DNA from: Octopus sinensis
Taxonomy: Eukaryota
Direction: 5' to 3'
Assembly: GCF_006345805.1 (NCBI RefSeq)
Contig: NW_021824640.1
Location: forward strand, 1 to 17,758
DNA: 17,758 nt
The position numbers were made by a program, and so were the translations under genes. Each line of letters begins with the position of its first letter. Positions within the stretch are counted from its first letter, which is position 1. Under the pieces are notes generated by a model, which worked only from the letters and a program-made list of their open reading frames with translations, ran no database searches and had not been told where the DNA came from. Positions 1 to 8,122 of this stretch are shown piece after piece.

Positions 1-296
1 CACACATACAAACATATAACATGCACATATTCATACAGAGATGTATAGATATATACATGCATGCATTTACATACATGCAAACATACATACATATATATAT
101 ATCTATATCTATCTAATTATATATACGTGTGTGTGTATGTGTGTCTATACACCTACATGCATACACACGTACATATCTGCATACTTGCATTTGTGTTTAT
201 ATACATATCTCTATCTATCATCTATCTATTATCATCTATCTATCTATTTCTATCTATCTATCTATCTATCTATCTACTATCTATCTAGCTTATCTA

Positions 297-334
<38 letters not shown>

Positions 335-420
335 CTATAATATATATATATATGCATGCATAAAACACATACCTATACAAACATAATTACATACAAGCAC
401 ATGCATTCTTAACTACATAG
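1..420. repeat. Compound microsatellite (ATAC/ATCT/AT/GT)
   Basis: Directly visible runs of atac, atct and ta; explains the low-complexity ORFs at 41-386. Confidence 0.95.
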
Positions 421-776
421 ACACAGGTGTACATCCTATGGATTACCGACCGCCGCACCCCGACTCCGACCATTGATGGTGAGTTTGCAAGTCCAGCACC
501 CAAGAAACACTCTCACTTCCTACCTATTATTACTGTTAATGGAGCAACAGGATAGACACTATTCCGTATGGAACAAAGTATGGGTGGACTTGCGATCTTG
601 GAGAGAGAATGCAAATCCTTAAGTCATACACTACAAAAATGATCTCGATATCTGGGACTATAAAAATCTGCAACACCTTTTTAAGGTTTAAAGGATGCTA
701 ATTAAAAGAAAATACTTCCCTTCACAACCTTGCTACCAAACAGGTAGCAACTCTAAATTAAAAGGGAAAAATAATC

Positions 777-785
777 ATACATACA

Positions 786-817
<32 letters not shown>

Positions 818-1312
818 CATGCATGCATGCATACATACATACATACATATATATATAGATACATACATGCATGCATGCATGCATGCATACATACATATAT
901 GCATACATACATACATGCATACATACATACATACATGCATGCATACATACATACATACATACATACATGCATGCATGCATATATACATACATGCATACAT
1001 ACATACATACACACATATACATACATACATACATACATAAATACATACATAAATACATACACACACATACATACATGCATACATACATAAATACATACAT
1101 AATACATACATACACACACACATACATACATACACACATACATACATACATACATACACACACGCACACATACATACATATATACATACACACATACATA
1201 CATGCATACATACATACATACATACACGCATACATACATACATGCATACATACATACATACACGCATACATACATACATACATACATACATACATACATA
1301 CATACATACATA
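777..1312. repeat. (TACA)n tetranucleotide microsatellite with TGCA/CACA variants
   Basis: About 535 bp of near-continuous atac units; the overlapping HTYI/MYVC ORFs are artefacts of it. Confidence 0.97.
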
Positions 1313-1374
1313 AAGGTGGTAGAGAAGCGAATCATTGCCCCCCCCCCCTACACACGCACAGACTTCCAACGTGT

Positions 1375-1505
1375 CTTTAAGTATTTATTTCAGTTGTCTA
1401 CGTTCTGAGTTCAAATTGGCCGCGGCCAGTTTTGTGTGTCAACCTTCCAGGATCGATAAAATAAAGCAACAGTCATGTATTGCGATCAGTTTAATCGATA
1501 ACTAA
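1375..1505 (+). mobile_element. Old degenerate copy of SINE family A
   Basis: ctacgttctgagttcaaatt (B-box region) and gatcgataaaataaag match the intact copies at 4102 and 5434. Confidence 0.6.
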
Positions 1506-1565
1506 TCTATATTAACCAGCAGTGAGTTATCTAATATGACTCAGTAAAACCTTCATATCCAACCA

Positions 1566-2325
1566 TGCCTGACCACTGCACCTCGACTCCGACCACCGCA
1601 CCCCGACTCCGACAACCGCACCTCGACTCCGACTACCTTACCCCGTGTCTGACCACCGCACCCCGACTCCGATCACCGCACCCCGACTCCGATCACCGCA
1701 CCTCGACTCCGACCGCCGCACCTCGACTCCGACCGCCGCACCCCGACTCCGACCACCTTAGCCCGACTCCGACAATCTTACCCGACTCCGTCCACCGCAC
1801 CCCGTCTCCGACCACCGCACCCCGACTCCGACCACCGCACCCCGTCTCCAACCACTGCACCCCGACTCCGACCACCGCACCTCATTTTCGACCACCTTAC
1901 CCTGACTCCGACCACCTTACCCCGTCTCCGACCACCGCACCCTGACCCCGACCACCGCACCACGACTTCGACCACCGCACCCTGACTCCGACCATCTTAC
2001 CCCGTCTCCGACCACCGCACCCCGACTCCGACCACCGCACCTCGACTCCGACCACCCTATCCTGACTCCGACCACCGCACCCCGACTCCGACCACCGCAC
2101 CACACCGCCTCCGACCACCGCACTCCGACTCCGACCACCTTACCCTGACTCCGACCACCGCACCCCGACTCCGACCACCGCACCCCGACTCCGACCACCG
2201 CCCCTCGACTCCGACCACCTTACCCTGACTACGACCACCGCACCCCCACTCCGACCACTGCACCCCCATTCCGACCACCGCACCCCCACTCTGACCATCG
2301 CACCCCCACTCCGACCACCGCACTC
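1566..2325. repeat. GC-rich 20-bp minisatellite (GACCACCGCACCCCGACTCC)n, roughly 38 units
   Basis: 20-nt periodicity is directly visible, with variant units such as gaccaccttaccctgactcc. Confidence 0.97.
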
Positions 2326-2399
2326 CGCTTCTCCAGGCCAAAGACATTGCTACCATATTACTGTTTAATTGTTATACTTTATGTTGCTATCACAGACAT

Positions 2400-2456
2400 G
2401 TAGACATACACACGTATGCATTTACCACACACACACATACACCACACACACACAAA

Positions 2457-2494
<38 letters not shown>

Positions 2495-2640
2495 CTACCT
2501 CTCTGTCTACTTATCTTTTATAATTATCCACCTATCTAACCCTCCTCTCTCTCCCAGTCTCTCAATCTATCTACTTCTATCTCCCTCTTTCTCTTTCTAT
2601 TCTACCTCTCTTTCTCTTTTTCTCCCTTTATGCCTTGCTA
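2400..2640. repeat. CA/CT/ATCT microsatellites and polypyrimidine tract
   Basis: Visible simple repeats. Confidence 0.85.
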
Positions 2641-2649
2641 TTCATCTCT

Positions 2650-2903
2650 CGATTTATCTCAACCCTTTTTTTGCCTATCGATCCCTTTGATTCCTCTGTC
2701 TCACTCGTGTGGACCCTGATAGCCATTCGATCTTTAAATGATCACATATTTTCATAATTAAATATTACCAGCGATTGTACAAAAAAGTTGTTAAAATATT
2801 TTCTGAACTGAAGAAGCAGAAGTAAAATATTGGGCAAAAATTTCAACAACGGAATCTTATATGGGTCCGCGACGGTCAAATGGGCGCCGGTTGAGGACCC
2901 TTG
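2650..2903. mobile_element. Decayed hAT-like MITE
   Basis: Inverted CTCAACC (2658-2664) and GGTTGAG (2889-2895), followed by GACCCTTG, resembling hAT/Charlie-type termini; subterminal GGACCC/GGGTCC motifs. The left end is degenerate and no TSD is seen. Confidence 0.45.
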
Positions 2904-3029
2904 GTGTGTCTTTATGTCTATTCACATTGTATAAGTAATTGTTACTCTGAGCAAATAACAAGTAGTTACCCTCGAGAGAAAGGCTTGGGTGTAGAAAAGG
3001 TGTAGTGAGATGCAGGGGCGGAATAGAGA

Positions 3030-3143
3030 AAACAACAGAAATAAAAACAGCAAAAACATATACAATAACAAATAACAACAACATCAACCACAACAACAAC
3101 AACAACAACAACAACATCAGCTTCAACATCAACATCAACAACC
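3030..3143. repeat. (AAC/AAT)n trinucleotide repeat
   Basis: Visible caacaacaacaa runs. Confidence 0.9.
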
Positions 3144-3144
3144 A

Positions 3145-3345
3145 CCTTGAATAGCAGAAAATCTATTTTCCCATTCCCGATGTCACGATGTCTTGCAGGA
3201 TGTAATGAAAGACTCTCGATGCAGTCGCTGGATTTGCTAAAAGTAACAACCTACGCTCTTCAAAATTGAAGTACACATTGGAAATAATTAGCCGTCCCTG
3301 ATATCTAAAACCGTAGGCAGGTCTCGGTTGGAACGCTTTTCTATA
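3145..3345 (+). mobile_element. Degenerate copy of CAA-tailed short repeat family C
   Basis: 3316-3339 ggcaggtctcggttggaacgcttt is 22/24 identical to the reverse complement of 7034-7057; gaatagcagaaaatct and tacacattgga echo the other copies. Confidence 0.5.
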
Positions 3346-3481
3346 TAGAATCTAACTGTTCGTAGATGCTAGAAACGATGTCACAACTGAAGTGACAATC
3401 CCCGTTGGACCACCCATCCTGTACTGTCTGCTTGATCATCACTTCCGATAACTCCATTTCTCCGTTCATTTGTCTGTAAAT

Positions 3482-3575
3482 TAATGCCCTTCATGGAGAC
3501 AGAGTCACCCAATAGTCAAATATTAACGTAATGCCCTTCATGGAGACAGAGTCACCCAATAGTCAAATATTAACG
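3482..3575. repeat. Perfect 47-bp tandem duplication
   Basis: taatgcccttcatggagacagagtcacccaatagtcaaatattaacg at 3482-3528 and again at 3529-3575. Confidence 0.97.
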
Positions 3576-4101
3576 TGTGGTCTGTGAATATTTGGTGCTA
3601 TATTCAAATCCTGTGGAAGAAATGGTTATAGAATCATGAAGATGATCCAGTACCCAGTTTCGTACTAAAACCATCTAGAAGACCACCACCACCACCACCA
3701 TCTTTAACATCTCACTGCTCCCTCCATGTTTGTTATTGAACTTGAAACTCTGACCTGATAGTATGGACTGTACAGAAAATGCACGTGAGGCAATGCTGAG
3801 CACAGGCACCTGTTTAACGAAGTTTTCAGCTGATCTTTGAGTTACTTCTTGGTTCCTCCAGCCAGGCATTGGAGGACCGACCGTGCTGTTGCTGGCCGTT
3901 GAAGATCCTAGCGGAGACGAGAGTCGGTCTGTTATTATACACACCACATATCTGAGTTACCTCAACTGCTGTCTGTTTATCGTGTGGAGCCAATGTTTCT
4001 GACGAAGGATGTATGCGTGAATAATCCCATTTAGCCAAGCAACTAAACACATCTTCAATAAGCTGAGAACAATAAAGAACCTCCCTTCCTCTCAGTCTTG
4101 A

Positions 4102-4436
4102 GGCGAGCCAAGGTGGCGAGCTGGCAGAAACGTTAGCACGCTGGCGAAATGCTTAGCGGTATCTCGTCTGCTGCTACGTTCTGAGTTCAAATTCCGCCGA
4201 GTTCGACTTTGCCTTTCATCCTTTCGGAGTCGATTAAATACGTACCAGTTACGCACTGGGTTCGATATAATCGACTTAATCCGTTTGTCTGTCCTTGTTT
4301 GTCCTCTCTGTATGTAGCCCCTTGTGGGTAGTAAAGAAAAAGGTATTTCGCCTGCTGCTACGCTGTGAGTTCAAATTCCGCCGAGGTCGACTTTGCCTTT
4401 CCTCCTTTACTACCTTTTGTGGGTAGTAAAGAAATA
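4102..4436 (+). mobile_element. tRNA-derived SINE family A (Deu/Nin-like core), copy A1 with internal partial tandem repeat
   Basis: A-box-like TGGCAGAAACG and B-box GTTCAAATTCC; the head closes with CCGCC (5' GGTGG here, GGCGG in A3). Core gcctttcatcctttcggagtcgattaaatacgtacc resembles the Deu/Nin SINE domain. A second partial unit starts at ~4342. Confidence 0.9.
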
Positions 4437-4796
4437 AGTAAAGAACTTGATATTATCGATACAATTTATTTGTTCCAACATCAGGTATGTCTGCACCCGG
4501 GTGAGTAGAATGGAAACACAGAGTACTCGGTAGTCATGGAAATTTGGTATGGAGAATGAGATGGTTGTTTATAAAGATTCTCGCGATCTTCTCTGGTTGG
4601 AATGGAATCTCTTGTTTTAACGTGCAATTGTTAGGGTATGATATTTCCAAGCTGCGTTCAGATCTGATTTTGGTGATGATGGAGAGCAGCCTTCTGAATC
4701 CGAAAAGGTTCCCGTCGACTCATAAGTCAATAATGACTCTTGTGTCTCTTTCATTCCTTTTGTGTGACGATGTTGTCCGACAAAAACAAGAATATA

Positions 4797-5008
4797 TGTT
4801 TCAAATTTCGGCACAAGGCCAGCCATTTCACAGGAGGTGGGGGGGGGGGTTAGTCGATTACATCGACCTCTGGTACCTATTTTATCGATTCCGAAAGGCT
4901 GAAAGGCAAAGTCAACCTCGACGGAATTTAAACTGAGAACGTAAAGACGGACGAAATGCTGCTGAACATTTTGACCGGCATGCTAACGATTTTCTCAGTT
5001 TGCCGCCT
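4797..5008 (-). mobile_element. SINE family A, copy A2 (different 3' tail)
   Basis: Reverse complement aaggcggcaaactgagaaaatcgttagca...gttctcagtttaaattcc...gcctttcagcctttcggaatcgataaaataggtacc, ending ggccttgtgccgaaatttgaaac. Confidence 0.85.
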
Positions 5009-5433
5009 TGAAGAATATATTAAATGGTAAAAGGAACCAGCTTCCACATTTCACATGGCTTCCCACCAATTCTGGTTCTGATCCCGGTGTGGAATTGGCG
5101 GAGAAGATTTATGTACATGAATGGAAAATAAAACTTTTTGAGGACATCTCAACAGAAGGTTTCTGCTTACATGAGTCAAAGGTTTTCGACGGATGTACAT
5201 TTGCAATCAACAAGGTCCTGGTCTTCCGCCTTGCATTTCTCCTGGTAGCAAAGATCATGTTTGAGCGGACGTCGAAGTACCGTCATTCTAGTCTGGTGGT
5301 ATTTTCCAATGTTTATTAGAGCAATCCCGTGAGCATAATAAACCAGGTCTGTTCCTTCACAACGATGGACGGGAGTACTCTGTACCTAGTGTTGGAACAA
5401 ATGCATTGTGCCGATACTATCAAGTTTTTTACT

Positions 5434-5674
5434 TATTTCTTTATTACCCACAAGGGGCTAAACACAGAGAGGACAAACAAGGACAGACAAAGGGATTAAG
5501 TCGATTATATCGACCCCAGTGCGTTACTGGTACTTATTTCATCGACCCCGAAAGGATGAAAGGCAAAGTCGAACTCGGCGGAATTTGAACTCAGAACGTA
5601 GCGGCAGACGAGATACCGCTAAGCATTTCGCCCGGCGTGCTAACGTTTCTGCCATCTCGCCGCCTTGGCTCGCC
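5434..5674 (-). mobile_element. SINE family A, copy A3, with 14-bp target-site duplication
   Basis: Full-length head/core/tail. Flanked by AGTAAAGAACTTGA (5688-5675) and AGTAAAAAACTTGA (5433-5420) on the element strand. Confidence 0.92.
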
Positions 5675-5989
5675 TCAAGTTCTTTACTGAACTCGAAACC
5701 CCTGTTTCTATGTACACACCCACACCTACACACACGCACACACATTCACCCCGCCCCTCACCAAAACAGCTCCTACCGCTATCGCCGCCACCGCCAAAGA
5801 AAGGAGAGATTTCACAAAGAAGGCAGTTTCATCTTACAGAATCAAAATCTCGGCTCCTCTTGAACAGTAAAGATAGAAAGAAGGAAGGAAGGAAAGACAA
5901 AAGAACGAAAACGGGGGAAGAAAAACTTTTAAAAACGTGACATTCAATGGAAGTGTGCTGTCTGGGCTTATTCAGTGTAATCACCCCCC

Positions 5990-6012
5990 CTCACTCTCTC
6001 TCTTTCTTTCTT

Positions 6013-6043
<31 letters not shown>

Positions 6044-6044
6044 A

Positions 6045-6079
<35 letters not shown>

Positions 6080-6085
6080 CATTCT
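5990..6085. repeat. (CT)n/(CTTT)n microsatellite
   Basis: Visible. Confidence 0.9.
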
Positions 6086-6124
6086 CTAGTGTTGATCTCA
6101 TTTTCATACATATAAACACAAACG

Positions 6125-6367
6125 TATGTATGTAAACATATATATGTATATGTATGTATATATACACACACACACTCTCTCTCACACACACATATATATA
6201 TACTCATACATATATATGCATATATATATGTATATGTATTTACATATATACGCATGTATATATACATGTATGCACACACACTCTCTCTCACACACACATA
6301 TATATATATATACTCATACATATGCATGTATATATATGTATATCTATTTACATATATACGCATGTAT

Positions 6368-6404
<37 letters not shown>

Positions 6405-6740
6405 TATATATATATATACTCATACATATACAAGTATATATATGTATATGTATTTACATATATACGCATGTATATATACATGTATGCACACACGCACACA
6501 CACACACACATATATATATATACTCATACACATACATGTATATATATGTATATGCATTTACATATATACGCATGTATATATATATACAAGTATGCACACA
6601 CACACACACACATATACTCATACATATACATTTATATATATGTATATGTATTTACATACATACGCATGAATATATACATGTATGCACACACACACACACA
6701 TACACACACACACACACACATACACACATGCATACAAAGG
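6125..6740. repeat. Compound AT/AC microsatellite with ~105-bp higher-order unit
   Basis: Landmark tttacata..tacgcatg recurs at 6239, 6347, 6453, 6557 and 6651. Confidence 0.9.
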
Positions 6741-6974
6741 TATAAAACCATATTGACAGATCTATAGAAATTCAATCATTGTTATGAAGATGCAAATATA
6801 TATAGTGTATACAACAACAGAAACACACACACACACACACACACCACACACACACACACACACACCACACACACACTCGCACACACGTAGTAACACCTTC
6901 ACAAGCTTACATGAGTATTGCTTCACTATTCATCTTTCATATATTTTTATCTGTTATCAATATTGTTTGATGTT

Positions 6975-7190
6975 TTTGTTTTTGTTGTTTTTGTTTAGCC
7001 CCAGGTCAATCCTGTAAGAGCAGAGCACTAATCAAAGCGTTCCATCCGAGACCAGCCCGTAGGACACCTCCCACCCCACCCCCTGCACGTGCGAGGAAGT
7101 CAGGCCCACATTACTCAATCTGTTTCTTTTCTTTAAAAGACGGTAAGAAGTGGTTTGAGGAAGATTTGGCTGTCATTTCTAACAGGCCCA
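6975..7190 (-). mobile_element. CAA-tailed short repeat family C
   Basis: Reverse complement cctgttagaaatgacagccaaatcttcctc ... tgacctggggctaaacaaaaacaac; shares blocks with 7596-7745, 13537-13710 and 3145-3345. Confidence 0.65.
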
Positions 7191-7269
7191 GAGGCCACAT
7201 ACAAGTTTCTCTGTCGACTCGATATTGTTTTGTATTGATAGGTAGTAGAGTCGGTTGAGTGTCGAACAG

Positions 7270-7372
7270 AGAATCTGGTGCTACAATCTGAGTTCAAATG
7301 TCATTGAACTGAATTTTACTTTTCATCTCTCAGGGGGTCAATAAATATACTGTTAGGCCGATTTAATCGATT
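7270..7372 (+). mobile_element. Highly degenerate SINE family A copy
   Basis: tctgagttcaaat, ttttcatctctcaggggtcaataaat, gatttaatcgatt. Confidence 0.5.
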
Positions 7373-7589
7373 ATTGATGACTTTCTGCCTATTTTAGAGA
7401 TCAATATTATTTGTACTCTTAGTGTTTTCGGCCATTTTCTGATTCCACTCTTCCTTCCTTACTTCCTTCCTTCCTTCCTCGGGATTGACAAATAAATACC
7501 TGTTTTGTAAGAGGGGGGTTGGCTTAAACGGAAATAGCTCCTCCCACAAAAGGTTTGATTTGAGTCATCGAAGCAACCTTTATATAATC

Positions 7590-7745
7590 GCTCAGCCTGC
7601 TAGAAATAGAAGCTAAACTCAACCTTCTGAAACAACCTACCATTTTAAAAGTAGCACTTTGGATAATGTGATCCCAAGTGCCCTGTGTCTGGCAAAATGA
7701 CTAGATGGTCAACATTGGATAGTCTTTGATCACAGGTCTGAATTA
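7590..7745 (+). mobile_element. Degenerate copy of repeat family C
   Basis: cctgctagaaatagaagctaaa (7596-7617), ttggataatgtg, ctttgatcacaggtctg. Confidence 0.55.
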
Positions 7746-7961
7746 AGGTTACCAATAATAGTGTGACTTCCTGCCAATACAGAATATCGATAGCAATGGA
7801 TACCAATATCACTGTTGCATTTAGTTTTACACCTCATCCCCATCTCATATCTTTGCAGTTCAAATTCCAGAAATTGAGACATTTTCTTTAATTCTTTGGA
7901 GTGAGATCAATTCAACAGATTTTCTGCCAATAATTGATCTTGTGACTTGGAAAGAATCTAA

Positions 7962-8122
7962 GAATCTGTGTTACGTCGAGGCTATAAAGCGAGAAGTAAG
8001 TCACCCGCTGGGCCGAACCTGTCTTATGAGGAGGCTGCAGAGTAAGCTACAAGCTAACTGTGGACTGAATCTGTGTTATATTAAGGCGATAGAGCAATAA
8101 GTAAGTTACCCGCTCTGCCGAA
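7962..8122. repeat. Diverged 56-bp direct repeat (two copies, 105 bp apart)
   Basis: 7962-8017 vs 8067-8122: 45/56 identical without gaps by manual alignment. Confidence 0.9.

Larger units (their letters stand above)
3780..5372 (-). mobile_element. Decayed RTE-clade (BovB-like) LINE, RT region to 3' part, interrupted by two SINEs
   Basis: Collinear motif remnants by manual translation: HGIALINIGK (cf. YRGISLLS..GK), NMIFATR, QEKCKAEDQDL (5244-5212), KKFYFPFMYINLLRQFHTG (5139-5083), DGNLFGFRRL (4716-4687), EISYPNNCTL (cf. ELLYADDCAL; 4647-4618), QQLR*LRYVV..DRL, GGTKK*LKDQLKTSLNRC (~3859-3806). Many stops and frameshifts. Confidence 0.8.

Noticed and set aside
535-650. TLFRMEQSMGGLAILERECK, resembling the post-RT GGLG motif of non-LTR elements
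   Set aside because: A single short motif with stops on either side; too weak to annotate.
41-1408. Long HTYI/MYVC-type ORFs up to 203 aa on both strands
   Set aside because: They are read-throughs of ATAC/AT microsatellites; stop-free frames are a property of the repeat.
1565-2356. Pro/Thr-rich and Gly/Val-rich ORFs
   Set aside because: Fully explained by the 20-bp minisatellite, whose three frames rotate; no unique coding flank.
3335-3473. Minus-strand exon-like frame QMNGEMELSEVMIKQTVQDGWSNGDCHFSCDIVSSIYEQLDSI*
   Set aside because: Not recognised as any protein; it abuts a decayed repeat and has no supported partner exon.
3993-4007. 15-mer atgtttctgacgaag identical to the start of the hammerhead relic
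   Set aside because: No helix II or GAAA follows; it sits antisense in the RTE relic and one 15-mer match in 18 kb is plausible by chance.
3961-4062. Minus-strand exon-like LIEDVFSCLAKWDYSRIHPSSETLAPHDKQTAVE with AG/GT ends
   Set aside because: Lies collinearly within the RTE relic and is better explained as decayed LINE sequence.
4544-5319. Plus-strand ORFs of 130 aa and 103 aa
   Set aside because: Antisense shadows of the RTE relic and SINE A2.
6079-6767. ORFs up to 213 aa (HTHTYIY)
   Set aside because: Compound microsatellite.
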